A DNA stretch of 64,000 nt from Parcubacteria group bacterium Gr01-1014_38. GTDB lineage: Bacteria > Patescibacteriota > Andersenbacteria > UBA10190 > CAIZMI01. Numbering within the stretch: the stretch's first letter is position 1; every line of letters begins with the position of its first letter. Where the stretch lies: the NCBI GenBank assembly GCA_007376145.1, contig VMFP01000001.1, positions 122,835-186,834 on the forward strand, in the 5' to 3' direction. Made by a program: the position numbers and the translations under genes. Shown piece after piece: positions 1 through 9,236 of this stretch. A model generated the notes under the pieces. That model saw only the letters and a list, made by a program, of their open reading frames with translations, did no database searches and had not been told where the DNA came from.

Positions 1-1133
1 TCTGTCCCGCGGACGCCAAACCCCCCGGGGACGGCAATGCCGGCGGCATGCTGGAGTTCTTCCACGGGGAATTTCCCAGACTCAATCTGCTCCGCGTCTA
101 CCCACCAGAGGTCGAGACTGCGGCCATGCGCCCACGCAGCAGCTTTCAGCGCTTCGATGAGGCTCATGTACGTGTCCTTCATGTTGAGGTACTTCCCGAC
201 CATCGCGATGCGCACCGGCGGCTTGCGCCGCTTGATGGTGGCGACGAGGCGGTGCCAGATTCGATCATTGCGCGGGCGGAAGCCCAGCCCAAGTTTTTGC
301 GCGATGATGCGGTCAAGTCCGTGTGCTTCCATGTGGAGCGGGACTTCGTACATGCTCCCGACCGTTGGGACGGGAATCACCGACGCCACGTCCACATTGG
401 CGTAGAGGCTCAACTTTTCCAGTTGGGACTTTGAAATCGGATGGTCCGCACGGGCAATGATGACATCGGGTTGGATGCCGATGGCGCGAAGGTCCCGGAC
501 CGAATTCTGCGCTGGCTTTGTCTTAATTTCATCGCTGGCGGCGAGGTACGGCAGGAATGCGACGTGGACGTAGAGGACATTCTCCTTGCCGTCGTCGGCG
601 GCGAGTTGGCGTACGGCTTCCAGGAAGTGCGCGCCTTCGTAGTCGCCGACGGTTCCGCCCACTTCCACCAGGTGGATTTCTGCGTGACTCCGCCGGGCCG
701 CGGCCCACATGCGCCGCTTCACTGCATCGGTGACGTGCGGGATCATCTGCACAGTTTTTCCTAAGTACTTTCCTTCCCGCTCGGCCTGCGTCACCTCAAG
801 GTAAATTTGACCGGTCATCACCGAGCAATCTTTCGTCAGCGACTGATCGAGGAAACGTTCGTAGTGGCCGAGGTCGAGGTCGGTTTCCGCTCCGTCGTCC
901 GTCACGAACACTTCCCCGTGCTCACCGGGGTTCAACGTTCCCGCGTCCACATTGAGGTACTGATCAAATTTCTGCGTGTTCACGCGGAACCCGCGCGCCT
1001 TCAAGATGTTCCCGATGCTTGCGGTCGTTACACCCTTCCCAAGTCCAGAGAGCACCCCGCCGGTGACGATGATGAGCTTCGGGATTTTCCCGCGAGTGCG
1101 TTCGCGCCGCGCTGGTTTATGCTTTGCCACCAT
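1..1133 (-). CDS. pyrG: CTP synthase, N-terminal ~377 codons; gene runs off the window start
   Basis: Reverse-strand translation from ATG (1131-1133) gives MVAKHKPARRERTRGKIPKLIIVTGGVLSGLGKGVTTASIGNILKARGFRVNTQKFDQ, a PyrG synthetase N-terminus. Near position 1-60 the frame reads ELQHAAGIAVPGGFGVRG, the glutamine-amidotransferase motif. The frame stays open to the window edge. It is absent from the ORF track only because no stop lies in the window. Confidence 0.85.
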   Translation of the reverse strand, partial: MVAKHKPARRERTRGKIPKLIIVTGGVLSGLGKGVTTASIGNILKARGFRVNTQKFDQYLNVDAGTLNPGEHGEVFVTDDGAETDLDLGHYERFLDQSLTKDCSVMTGQIYLEVTQAEREGKYLGKTVQMIPHVTDAVKRRMWAAARRSHAEIHLVEVGGTVGDYEGAHFLEAVRQLAADDGKENVLYVHVAFLPYLAASDEIKTKPAQNSVRDLRAIGIQPDVIIARADHPISKSQLEKLSLYANVDVASVIPVPTVGSMYEVPLHMEAHGLDRIIAQKLGLGFRPRNDRIWHRLVATIKRRKPPVRIAMVGKYLNMKDTYMSLIEALKAAAWAHGRSLDLWWVDAEQIESGKFPVEELQHAAGIAVPGGFGVRGT

Positions 1134-1614
1134 CCGTCTTCTCCTTTCTGCTCCGGGGGGCGTCCTGCAGTTTTCCTCCGACGACGACCGTTACCTCCGC
1201 CTCGAGCCCGTGTGGGAATTCCAACGTGACCGTATGTTGGCCAGGTTCATGGATCGGCAGTGGGAGGCGGACCACATCCGCAGGCAGCGAGATGTGCAGC
1301 GCGTTCTCGATGGCAGCGACAACCTCCTTGGCCGTGACGGCTCCGTGAAGTTTCTCCTGCGGGCCAAGTGGTCGCTCCAGGCGAATGGTTTTTTGGTCCG
1401 TGAGCTCCGCGAGTCTCTGCATCGTCGCGAGTTCTTCTTCCGAGGCCCGTGTGGCCCGTGCCTTCTGTGCTTCGGCTGTTCGGGCGTGGCTTCCGGTTGC
1501 GACGGCGGCCAGTTCGCGGGGGAAGAGGAAATTCCGTGCGTAGCCATCGGCGACTTCGACCACCTCGCCGGCCTGGCCGAGGTTCTTGACATTCTCGAGG
1601 AGTACCACCTTCAT
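1117..1614 (-). CDS. rplI: 50S ribosomal protein L9
   Basis: 165 aa starting MKVVLLENVKNLGQAGEVVEVADGYARNFLFP, a typical L9 N-terminus. TAA stop. Overlaps the pyrG start by 17 nt. Confidence 0.85.
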   Translation of the reverse strand: MKVVLLENVKNLGQAGEVVEVADGYARNFLFPRELAAVATGSHARTAEAQKARATRASEEELATMQRLAELTDQKTIRLERPLGPQEKLHGAVTAKEVVAAIENALHISLPADVVRLPLPIHEPGQHTVTLEFPHGLEAEVTVVVGGKLQDAPRSRKEKTDGGKA

Positions 1615-1632
1615 CGCCTGGGGTGAGGAACT

Positions 1633-1911
1633 CTACCGTGAGCGGATTTCGAAATGAGTAAACTCGCCGGTGGCGAGTTCTTCTGCGACGTCCACCCCCG
1701 TGACCTTTGCACCATCGGGCCCACGGTAACAGAAAGCGCGGAGCACCTCTAGGGTCTCTTCTGCTCCCTCAGCGACCACGTGTACGCCGCCATCCTCACT
1801 GTTACGCACGTAGCCGGTCACGCCGAGCTTCGCGGCGAGTTCCCGGACGCTCCACCGAAACCCAATGCCCTGTACGCGACCGTGAATCGTACAGATCAGG
1901 CGCTTCTGCAT
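1633..1911 (-). CDS. acyP: acylphosphatase
   Basis: The internal start MQKRLICTIHGRVQGIGFRWSVRELAAKLGVTGYVRNSEDGGVHVVAEGAEE matches acylphosphatase (VQGVGFR motif, ~92 aa). The longer 137-aa ORF upstream is Arg-rich and is probably not translated. Confidence 0.7.
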   Translation of the reverse strand: MQKRLICTIHGRVQGIGFRWSVRELAAKLGVTGYVRNSEDGGVHVVAEGAEETLEVLRAFCYRGPDGAKVTGVDVAEELATGEFTHFEIRSR

Positions 1912-1969
1912 CGTCGGTCCCTCGTATTCCCCCTGTCCTGTGCTCTCTTCCGTCAACCTCCTGCGTGCC

Positions 1970-3190
1970 CTATGGCCGCACGCGCTGGCGGAGCACTTCG
2001 AATCCCTTTTCCAGGATCTCGTCCGGGTCTTCCGTGGGGTTCTCATCCTTCACTTCGATCGATGGTGCAATGCCCTGCTCATCAATCTCGCGCCCGCGTG
2101 GTGTGTGCCAGCGCGCCACCGTGACACGAACCGTCGCGCCATCCGAGAGTTTCACGAGCTCCTGCACGGAACCTTTCCCAAAGGTCCGTTCGCCGATCAC
2201 GGAGATGTCGCGTTGCTCCTGAAACGCGGCGGCAAGAATTTCCGAAGCTGAGGCCGATCCGCCGTTCACGAGGACGACGAGTGGGAGTGAAACAAGATCT
2301 CCTGGACCGTCCGTGCGGTTTTCGGTTCGCGGGAGGCCCTGTCGTGGGACTTCTTCAACGACGAGCGTTCCTCGCGGAAGGAAATGCCCGGCGACGGCCA
2401 CTCCTACGTCGAGGAGGCCGCCGGGGTTATTGCGAAGGTCGAGCACGATTCCCCGCGCCCGTGTCGCGAGCAGTTCCCGCGCGGCCTGATCCACACGGCG
2501 CGGGGTATCTTCATTGAAGGCGCTGATCATCAGGAGCGCAAGCCCATCCCGCAGCTCGAGCTTCACGCTCTCAATGGCAATGCGCTCGCGGCGAACGGTG
2601 AAATCGAGGAGTTCCTCCCCTCCTTCGCGGGCAATGGTCAGGCGCACCGTGGTCCCCGGCTTCCCGCGAATCTTGGACACGATGTCGGCGAGCGTTATCC
2701 GTTGATCGACGGACTGTCCGTCGATTTTCACAATTACGTCGCGCGCGCGAATACCCACACGTTCCGCCGGTGAGCCGCGCAGGGGCGCAATGACCGTCAC
2801 GAGGCTGCGCCGGAGACCGATCTCGATGCCGATCCCTGAGAACGCGCCATCGAGATCCTCCTCGAACTGTTTGCTTTCCTCTGGATCGGCGTAGGCGCTG
2901 TACGGATCGCCGGTACCGGCGACGATCCCCCGGAGCGCACCGCGGGCCAGACGCTCGTCCTCCAAGGGTCCCGAAAACTTGTCGTGGAGGACATCCCACA
3001 CCTCGCGCATCTGGTCCGTATCCAGCGGGGCCGGAAGCTCGCCTGGCGCCGTGAGTCGTGGACTCGAGCTGGCGGTCGTGCGGAGAGCCGGTTTCAGCGT
3101 TTGGACGTCGAGTCGCCCGACGGCCACGCCGCCGAGGAAGGCCGCGATGATGACGGTCGCCGTGGAGAAGCGCTTGATGGGCAGGTTCAT
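1970..3190 (-). CDS. ctpA: S41 family carboxyl-terminal processing protease with PDZ domain
   Basis: 406 aa with an N-terminal TM helix, a PDZ-like segment, the S41 core ([14 protein letters not shown] ... [11 protein letters not shown]) and the typical tail. Start ATG (3188-3190) overlaps the aspS stop (ATGA). Confidence 0.8.
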   Translation of the reverse strand: MNLPIKRFSTATVIIAAFLGGVAVGRLDVQTLKPALRTTASSSPRLTAPGELPAPLDTDQMREVWDVLHDKFSGPLEDERLARGALRGIVAGTGDPYSAYADPEESKQFEEDLDGAFSGIGIEIGLRRSLVTVIAPLRGSPAERVGIRARDVIVKIDGQSVDQRITLADIVSKIRGKPGTTVRLTIAREGGEELLDFTVRRERIAIESVKLELRDGLALLMISAFNEDTPRRVDQAARELLATRARGIVLDLRNNPGGLLDVGVAVAGHFLPRGTLVVEEVPRQGLPRTENRTDGPGDLVSLPLVVLVNGGSASASEILAAAFQEQRDISVIGERTFGKGSVQELVKLSDGATVRVTVARWHTPRGREIDEQGIAPSIEVKDENPTEDPDEILEKGFEVLRQRVRP

Positions 3191-4575
3191 CGGGTCAGTT
3201 GCATATGGAGCTCCTGGAGCTGCTCCCGTTCTAGGGGGGATGGAGCGCCGAGGAGTACTTCTTCCCCGTTCTGGTTCTTCGGGAACGCAATCACTTCTCG
3301 AATGCTCGGCTCGCGGAGCATGACCATGAGCAGGCGATCCACCCCAGGGGCAATGCCGCCGTGTGGAGGAACACCGAATTCAAAGGCCTCTAAGAGGTGC
3401 CGGAATTGCTGCTTCGCCTTCTCCATATCAAGGCCGATAAGCCCAAAGATCTTCTCCTGGAGCGCGCGGTCGTGAATGCGGATGCTTCCGCCGCCCACCT
3501 CGACGCCGTTGCAGACGAGGTCGTACTGTGTGCTCCGCACGCGGTGCGGATCCTGGTCGAGCACGAGGATGTCCTCCGGGAGGGGAGACGTGAACATATG
3601 GTGGGAAGGAGCGTAGTGCCCCTCTTCGAGTTCCGACTCGAAGAGGGGGAAATCCATCACCCAGGCGAACGCGAGCGCTCCCGACGCTTTCTCGGTGTCG
3701 GTGCGAAGGTCCGGGCGATCCGTCCCGTACTTCTCCATCGCTTCCGTGTAGGAGAGCCGCGGAAAAGGCTGCCGCGCAATCGGCGCGCCGAGGCTGGCCA
3801 CGACCGTCGTGAAGAGGTGTTCAGTCAGGTTCAGGACATCCTCGCGGCCGACGAAACTCATCTCGAGGTCGAGTTGGGTGAACTCGGGTTGCCGGTCTCC
3901 TCGCTGATCTTCATCGCGGAAACACCGGGCGATTTGAAAATACCGGTCGAACCCGGCCACCATGAGAAGCTGCTTGTACTGCTGCGGTGACTGCGGGAGA
4001 GCGTAGAACATCCCGGGATAGAGGCGGGAGGGAACCACGTAATCACGAGCGCCTTCTGGCGTACTCTTCGTGAGGATCGGGGTCTCAATTTCCAGGAACC
4101 CCTCCGCGTGAAGAAAGGCGCGAATTTCCGTGATGAACCGATCGCGCAGCGCGAGATTCCGCTGGAGGCGAGTCCGCCGGAGATCCAGGAAGCGGTACCG
4201 GAGGCGCACGTCCTCGCCGACCGGTGTTTCCTGTGCAATCTCAAATGGCGGAGTCTTTGCGACCGCGAAGGTCTCCACGGTCGCGACGTGCACTTCAATA
4301 TCCCCCGTCGGGATTTTCGGGTTCTTGAGGCGCTCCGGACGTAGAGCGACGGTGCCACTGACGCGGATCACGTCTTCGTCGTGAAGTTCGACCGGTGGTG
4401 CTTCTGCTTTGAATACGAGTTGTGTCACGCCGTACCGGTCGCGGAGATCGACGAATCGTACGCCGCCGTGGTCACGGCGGGCATGGACCCATCCGCAGAG
4501 CGTCACCGTCTGGCCGGCGTGTTCAGCGCGGAGCGCTCCGCAGGTGTGCGTCCGGTAGGTTGTCGCGTCCGTCAT
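3187..4575 (-). CDS. aspS: aspartate--tRNA ligase, short form lacking the GAD insertion domain
   Basis: 462 aa. N-terminal OB anticodon-binding region. Class II motif 2 [23 protein letters not shown] is bacterial-type AspRS. Motif 3 GGGSIRIH...GLDRLLMVM. Length is ~130 aa shorter than canonical bacterial AspRS. Confidence 0.8.
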   Translation of the reverse strand: MTDATTYRTHTCGALRAEHAGQTVTLCGWVHARRDHGGVRFVDLRDRYGVTQLVFKAEAPPVELHDEDVIRVSGTVALRPERLKNPKIPTGDIEVHVATVETFAVAKTPPFEIAQETPVGEDVRLRYRFLDLRRTRLQRNLALRDRFITEIRAFLHAEGFLEIETPILTKSTPEGARDYVVPSRLYPGMFYALPQSPQQYKQLLMVAGFDRYFQIARCFRDEDQRGDRQPEFTQLDLEMSFVGREDVLNLTEHLFTTVVASLGAPIARQPFPRLSYTEAMEKYGTDRPDLRTDTEKASGALAFAWVMDFPLFESELEEGHYAPSHHMFTSPLPEDILVLDQDPHRVRSTQYDLVCNGVEVGGGSIRIHDRALQEKIFGLIGLDMEKAKQQFRHLLEAFEFGVPPHGGIAPGVDRLLMVMLREPSIREVIAFPKNQNGEEVLLGAPSPLEREQLQELHMQLTR

Positions 4576-4614
4576 GTGTGGTCAGCGTAGCCGAGAACAG
4601 CGCCACGAGACAAG

Positions 4615-4648
4615 AAAAAAGACCCGTTCCTCCGGAACGAGTCTTTTT
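4615..4648 (-). terminator. intrinsic terminator hairpin (A6-stem10-loop3-stem10-T5), bidirectional in shape
   Basis: AAAAAAGACCCGTTCCtccGGAACGAGTCTTTTT: a 10-bp stem with one mismatch flanked by A and T runs, sitting between the end of the 4670..5323 gene and the aspS start. Confidence 0.55.
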
Positions 4649-4669
4649 GGTAGGCTCTTCTTCCTCCTT

Positions 4670-5323
4670 TCAGACGGCCGTCGCTTGCGGAGCTGGGTGC
4701 ACCTGAATTTGGTCTCCGGTGAAGCGAAGAAGGTAGTCGGGCTGAATCGGCGTGGCCGCGTCACCGAGGCGATTCCCGTCTGCGTCCTTCCGCCACACCT
4801 TCACGGGGTTACCGAGGTTGTCAAGCAAAGGCTTGCGAGCCGTGAGGCAGATGTCCACCGCGTGTTCCCCGCAGACCTCTTGGCCGCCCACGATGAGGGG
4901 GTTGAGGAACGCTCGCACCTGCCACATTGCTTCTACGCACATCGTGTGGAGTGCCTGCTGAACAAGAGGGCGAGTATTGACGAACTGATTGGTCGGTTGG
5001 GCGTACTCACACCGTGCGAACACGAAGCGCACCACGGAGAATCCCTTGTTGTCCTGATTGCGCCGCTGCGAGAAGGCGTCCACCATTGCATAGCCACCCC
5101 GCTCCAACTCGCCGAGGAACTCGACGAGCCCGACGTTCTCGACGGGCGCGATGGCGGGTTCACGGCTTGGAGGGCGCGCACGCTTGCGCGTCTCGTCCGG
5201 TGTCTCGTCCTCGCGTTGATGTATACAGCGAGGGACGACCTTGGGGTTGGAGAAGCTGAACTGCAAAGCGATCAGCCTCACCGCTCTGCTCACGTTGATC
5301 AGACCTTGCGTTGTAGCGTCCAC
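4670..5323 (-). CDS. hypothetical protein (GTG start)
   Basis: 217 aa with balanced composition, in contrast to the Arg-rich plus-strand shadow ORF. GTG start preceded by AAAGGAG with 6-nt spacing. No recognised domain. Confidence 0.5.
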   Translation of the reverse strand: MDATTQGLINVSRAVRLIALQFSFSNPKVVPRCIHQREDETPDETRKRARPPSREPAIAPVENVGLVEFLGELERGGYAMVDAFSQRRNQDNKGFSVVRFVFARCEYAQPTNQFVNTRPLVQQALHTMCVEAMWQVRAFLNPLIVGGQEVCGEHAVDICLTARKPLLDNLGNPVKVWRKDADGNRLGDAATPIQPDYLLRFTGDQIQVHPAPQATAV

Positions 5324-5639
5324 TACCGGCTCCTTTCAAAAAGAGAAACGAACTCGTTGACAACGAGCGAAAGCTTTGAAAGAACGAAGCTCCGTACTCT
5401 ACCAGCGTCCTACACGCGCGCACCTTCACTGCGTAGTCGCTGGCCGGAGTAATGCCCCTGGGACCAGGGAGTCGGGAACGCCCGCGTTGTTCCTTAGATC
5501 CCTCCAGGAGTGGCGGCGCTGTGGAGGGACAGCACCGCCGCTCCCGGAGACGTCTCTGTGGATACAAGCTTGTACCGGTGGGTATCGCTTGAAACCCCAG
5601 GGAGAACCCCCATGACGAACATCGCACTATACCGCGGGC

Positions 5640-5668
5640 TTGTCTGTCTGTCAAGAGGCCGCTAGACT
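5640..5668 (+). promoter_or_regulatory. putative sigma70-type promoter for tRNA-Lys (TTGTCT-N17-TAGACT)
   Basis: -35 TTGTCT at 5640-5645, 17-nt spacer, -10 TAGACT at 5663-5668, 6 nt before the tRNA 5' end. Palindromes GAGACGTCTC (5546-5555) and TACAAGCTTGTA (5563-5574) lie upstream. Confidence 0.35.
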
Positions 5669-5674
5669 GCGCCT

Positions 5675-5749
5675 GCCCCCGTGGCGTAATGGCAGCGCAC
5701 GCGCCTTTTAAGCGCTGAGGTCCCAGTTCGAATCTGGGCGGGGGCACCA
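5675..5749 (+). tRNA. tRNA-Lys (anticodon UUU), CCA encoded
   Basis: Cloverleaf read by eye: acceptor GCCCCCG/CGGGGGC, anticodon stem CGCGC/GCGCT with loop CTTTTAA (UUU), T-arm CCCAG-TTCGAATC-CTGGG, discriminator A, CCA. Confidence 0.85.
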
Positions 5750-5961
5750 CACTTCGCCCTCGGCCCGGCTCGGGCTTCGCGTGTCAGGCCATGCCGCTTC
5801 ATCTCGGGGGCCTTCGAGTACTTCCCGCGAAGTGTGCCCCGCGAAGCGAAGTAGCGAAGTGGGGCACCCTATGCTATGCTTGTGGATAAGGGGATCTCAG
5901 CTTTCAGCAGGATTTTCCGGACGTCCTCCACTCGTACCAGCACAAAACACCACATCGTGAC

Positions 5962-6597
5962 ATGAAGCGTGCCTTTCTCTTCTCCAGCGGGATCACCGCG
6001 ATCATCGTCGGAGTGTTTGCCCTTGCCTACCTCACGTCGGCGGGCACCAGTCAATTCGCTTTCACGGGCCAGGCGACCGTCCGTGGGCACGACGTGAGCG
6101 GGAAAACCATGGACGTGTACTTTACGAAGCTCTCGGAGCGCGCGCAGGCGCTGGGGTTGGGGAACAGCATCACGGTCAGCGTCGGCAGCGCGACATTCCA
6201 TAAGCGCGCGGCGGACGGAACGCTCCGGCGGGTGAAACAGGGGAACATCGCTGTCGGGGATCGAGCGACCGTCCGGGGGTCGGTGAAGAACAACGACCGC
6301 TTCGTCGCGTCCCGGGTCGAGGTTGTGGATACGGGTTTCGTCATGACCGGGAAGCTCCGAACATTTAATCGGACTCTCCGCCGGATGACGGTTGACGTCA
6401 CCACCTCGACGTACAAGCCCACTCGGTACCAAGACAAGACTGTGGAGTTCATCTTCTCCGAAGCGACGAAGTTTTATACGCAGGGCGTGGGCAAATCAAT
6501 TGAGGACGTGACCGCGAGCGATCAGAAGGTCCGCGTGCAAGGAAAGGAAGTGGGTACAGACCTCGAGGTCACGTCCATGAATGAAAATGTTCCCTAA
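5962..6597 (+). CDS. hypothetical membrane-anchored/secreted beta-rich protein
   Basis: 211 aa with an N-terminal TM/signal helix (ITAIIVGVFALAYL) and an ATG start. Same architecture as the next gene: hydrophobic N-terminus, then repeated V/T-rich strands. Confidence 0.55.
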   Translation: MKRAFLFSSGITAIIVGVFALAYLTSAGTSQFAFTGQATVRGHDVSGKTMDVYFTKLSERAQALGLGNSITVSVGSATFHKRAADGTLRRVKQGNIAVGDRATVRGSVKNNDRFVASRVEVVDTGFVMTGKLRTFNRTLRRMTVDVTTSTYKPTRYQDKTVEFIFSEATKFYTQGVGKSIEDVTASDQKVRVQGKEVGTDLEVTSMNENVP

Positions 6598-6619
6598 TTC
6601 TTAACACACCAAACGACAC

Positions 6620-6994
6620 ATGAAGAAACGCGCTTTTCTGCTCTTGGTGGGCATCGCCGCAGCTTTCGTGGTGGTCGCGAGCATCGCCGCCGTGACCCTC
6701 GCACAGACGCCGCCCTACGCGGTCAAGATCCGCGTGGTGGATAAAATCGAGTCGGCGAAGATCTTCGAGGGATTTGTGCTCGAACAGACCCGAGGGAAGA
6801 CCTCGATTCTCGGGGATCAGATAAACTTCCGGGTCCTGAGCACGACCACCGCGTTTACGAAGGGAAGCAAGGGGCGGTCAACCAAAGACTGGCTCAGCGG
6901 TCTCAAGAACGAGGACGTTGTGACGGCCACCGGGTGGTATCGGTCGTCCGACAAGACATTCGAGCTGGCGAAGGTCGTCAATCGCTCACGGTAG
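6620..6994 (+). CDS. hypothetical small secreted/membrane-anchored protein, likely distant paralog of the preceding gene
   Basis: 124 aa with an N-terminal hydrophobic helix (LLLVGIAAAFVVVASIAAV), a 22-nt gap from the upstream gene, and a TAG stop. Confidence 0.55.
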   Translation: MKKRAFLLLVGIAAAFVVVASIAAVTLAQTPPYAVKIRVVDKIESAKIFEGFVLEQTRGKTSILGDQINFRVLSTTTAFTKGSKGRSTKDWLSGLKNEDVVTATGWYRSSDKTFELAKVVNRSR

Positions 6995-7083
6995 TCGGAG
7001 CCTCTCAAACGCGGGCGCGCCAAACCGACCGGGCAATGCCCGGCGGGGCGTTGCGCCCGTCCGGCAGGTAGGCGAGACGCCTC

Positions 7084-8178
7084 TTATCTCCGCAGTGTTC
7101 CGGCTTCCACAAACCGGCGGAGAAGTTCTTCTTGTTCGCGATTCACTCGCTTGGGGACGTCAATCACGGTCGTGATGACGTGATCGCCTCGTTTCCCCGT
7201 CTCTCCGCGTCTCCCGATCACGATGCCGCGTCCACGCAAGCGGAATTCCGATCCCGACGGCGTGCCTCGAGGGATCTCCAGGGTCGTTTTCCCATCGAGC
7301 GTCTCTACTTCGACGGTTCCTCCTAAGACTGCGGTGGTGAACGGCACGGCAATGGTTGAGCGGACGTCCTGTTCGTCTCGGGAGAAGGCGGGATGCCGCT
7401 TCACGCGCACGGTCACATACAAGTCTCCCGCTGGTCCCCTGCGCGGCCCGACTTCTCCCTCACCGGTGATGCGGATGCGTGTGCCGTCATCGAGCCCCGC
7501 CGGAATTTTCACGCGCAGCGTCTCGCGCTGATGGGCACGGCCGGTCCCACTGCACGCCGAGCAAAGCGTCTGCGGTCGCTTCCCTTCCCCACCGCAGTCG
7601 GGACACACCGACCGGTGCAGCATGGCGCCGAAGAACGTTCGGACCTGGCGCTCGACAACACCGGAGCCGGCACAGGTTGCGCAGGTGGCAATGGGCGTGC
7701 CGGGTTTCGCTCCGCTCCCCCCGCAGGTGGGGCACGTGCGGAGACGCTCAAGGATCAGGTCGCGCGTCGTCCCGCGTGCCATCTCTTCGAACGAGATTGT
7801 CACGTCGGTTGCACGGTCATCGCCACGCTCCGCCACGCGCGTTCGGCGACGCCCAAAGGCGCCGCCGAAGAGATCTCCGAAGAGGTCCTCGAACCCCGTA
7901 AATTCCCGCTGGAACACCTCGAACGGGTCGAAGCCGAAGCCCTGTGCGCCGCCGGGAGACCCGCCACTCTCGAACGTAGCCCCAAACCGGTCGTACTGCG
8001 CGCGTTTCTCCGAGTCGCCGAGAACCTGGTACGCCTCGTTGATTTCCTTGAATTTCTCTTCGTTCCCCGTCGGCTTGTCGGGGTGATACTGAAGTGCGAG
8101 TTTCCGGTAGGCACGCTTCACCTCGTCCGCGGAAGCGGAGCGTTCAACGCCGAGGGTGTGGTAGTAGTCTTTGGGCAT
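7084..8178 (-). CDS. dnaJ: molecular chaperone DnaJ
   Basis: J domain ([31 protein letters not shown]), G/F-rich linker, four CxxCxGxG zinc-finger repeats, and a C-terminal substrate-binding region. Confidence 0.95.
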   Translation of the reverse strand: MPKDYYHTLGVERSASADEVKRAYRKLALQYHPDKPTGNEEKFKEINEAYQVLGDSEKRAQYDRFGATFESGGSPGGAQGFGFDPFEVFQREFTGFEDLFGDLFGGAFGRRRTRVAERGDDRATDVTISFEEMARGTTRDLILERLRTCPTCGGSGAKPGTPIATCATCAGSGVVERQVRTFFGAMLHRSVCPDCGGEGKRPQTLCSACSGTGRAHQRETLRVKIPAGLDDGTRIRITGEGEVGPRRGPAGDLYVTVRVKRHPAFSRDEQDVRSTIAVPFTTAVLGGTVEVETLDGKTTLEIPRGTPSGSEFRLRGRGIVIGRRGETGKRGDHVITTVIDVPKRVNREQEELLRRFVEAGTLRR

Positions 8179-8195
8179 CGGGCTTTTGAGTTCTG

Positions 8196-8456
8196 TTACC
8201 GCTCGTACACGTCTTTGCGGTGCCCAATCGTGGCGAATAACGCGGTATCGGTTTCCGTGAAGAGGAAGAGCACGCGATAGACCTGCGTCACCCGGAAGGA
8301 GAACGTCAACGACTCCCCGTGGAGTTTCTTGACGTGGAGTCGTGGGTCACGCCAGTTCTTCCGAAAGATCCCTTCCTGCCTGCGGTACAGGACCTGAATG
8401 TCTCGTGGGAGTTTCCGGAACTGTTTAGAAAATTCGTCAGTGTAGAGAATCTTCAT
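8196..8456 (-). CDS. RelE/ParE-family type II toxin
   Basis: 86 aa. The pattern ...[44 protein letters not shown] fits the RelE/ParE fold signature (G..YR..Y...IGHR.D.Y). Its start overlaps the upstream antitoxin stop (ATGA). Lower GC than neighbours. Confidence 0.7.
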   Translation of the reverse strand: MKILYTDEFSKQFRKLPRDIQVLYRRQEGIFRKNWRDPRLHVKKLHGESLTFSFRVTQVYRVLFLFTETDTALFATIGHRKDVYER

Positions 8457-8686
8457 ACGCGCCGGCGGACACGCCCTGCACGCCAGTCACGGACTGCACG
8501 ACGCAGGGAGGCGCGGAGCCGCGCGGCATCTTTGTAGTCATTGAACGATTCCTCTGGGATCTCCGAGCTTAGCTCCTCGAAGACTCGCCGGGAGAGCTCC
8601 GAGAGGGAAAATCCATAGCGAAGCGCCAAGCGAGCGAGACGATCTTTCGTCTGCTTCGGGAGGTCAATCGTGAGTCTAGTGCTCAT
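8453..8686 (-). CDS. ribbon-helix-helix (ParD/CopG-like) antitoxin
   Basis: MSTRLTIDLPKQTKDRLARLALRYGFSLSELSRRVFEEL... has an RHH beta-strand plus helices. 4-nt overlap with the toxin. The longer 131-aa ORF extension upstream is Arg/Cys-rich and is not used. Confidence 0.6.
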   Translation of the reverse strand: MSTRLTIDLPKQTKDRLARLALRYGFSLSELSRRVFEELSSEIPEESFNDYKDAARLRASLRRAVRDWRAGRVRRRV

Positions 8687-8836
8687 TGGAGAGGAGTGTA
8701 CCTTGGCTAAACATTCGGAGTCAAAGAGCGCGAGCTTCCGGAGCCGGAAGGCGAAGTGGGGCCTGCACCGCGAAGTCCCGCCGCAGGCGGGACGAAGTGG
8801 GGTACGCGCGCTTGATATCGTCGGAAGGGGCACCTC

Positions 8837-8865
8837 TTGACACCCCAAGGACAGAATAGTAATCT
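8837..8865 (+). promoter_or_regulatory. sigma70-like promoter TTGACA-N17-TAATCT
   Basis: TTGACA at 8837-8842 and TAATCT at 8860-8865. An AAAGAGGTGAGG ribosome-binding site follows just before the ATG at 8910. Confidence 0.5.
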
Positions 8866-8909
8866 TGAGATGGCATTGGTTCCTTCTTTTAAAGAGGTGA
8901 GGTGCGCTG

Positions 8910-9200
8910 ATGTTGAATCAGGAGGGTATGTCGGAGGTTGGCTCACACATCCAGAAGGCTGTTGGTCTACGGCTCCGCATTAGGCAGCTTTCCTCTCAAG
9001 AATTTGCGGAGTTCCATGATTTGATTCGGCGCATGAGCGTTGATGACCTCTGGCAATTCGTACTTCTTGTGGAGAAGTACTCAGGTGGGCCGCCTCCCGA
9101 GAGCGAGCTCGAAGCAATGAGGACCAGGGTGTGGGAAAAGCTTCGGCAACACCTAATCCAGAGTCGGCTCGAGCGCAGCGAAGAATCAGAGACTTTGTAG
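8910..9200 (+). CDS. hypothetical small protein (96 aa) with its own promoter and RBS, inside the low-GC insert
   Basis: Strong SD (AAAGAGGTGAGG), canonical upstream promoter, non-shadow composition. Opposite strand to the chaperone operon. No recognised domain. Confidence 0.5.
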   Translation: MLNQEGMSEVGSHIQKAVGLRLRIRQLSSQEFAEFHDLIRRMSVDDLWQFVLLVEKYSGGPPPESELEAMRTRVWEKLRQHLIQSRLERSEESETL

Positions 9201-9236
9201 TTCCTGCTATTCGTGACCCAGAAGGGATCATCTGGG

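Noticed and set aside
4574-5452. 292-aa plus-strand ORF
   Set aside because: Arg-rich shadow opposite the 4670..5323 gene, which has an SD and real-looking composition. It also overlaps the aspS start.
5324-5674. Possible structured ncRNA (SRP RNA, tmRNA or RNase P) in the 350-bp gap before tRNA-Lys
   Set aside because: No SRP domain-IV motif, no tRNA-like 3' end and no RNase P conserved regions were seen. Only two palindromes and a promoter were found.
5160-5750. 196-aa minus-strand ORF covering tRNA-Lys
   Set aside because: It overlaps a clear tRNA and its promoter and has low-complexity composition.
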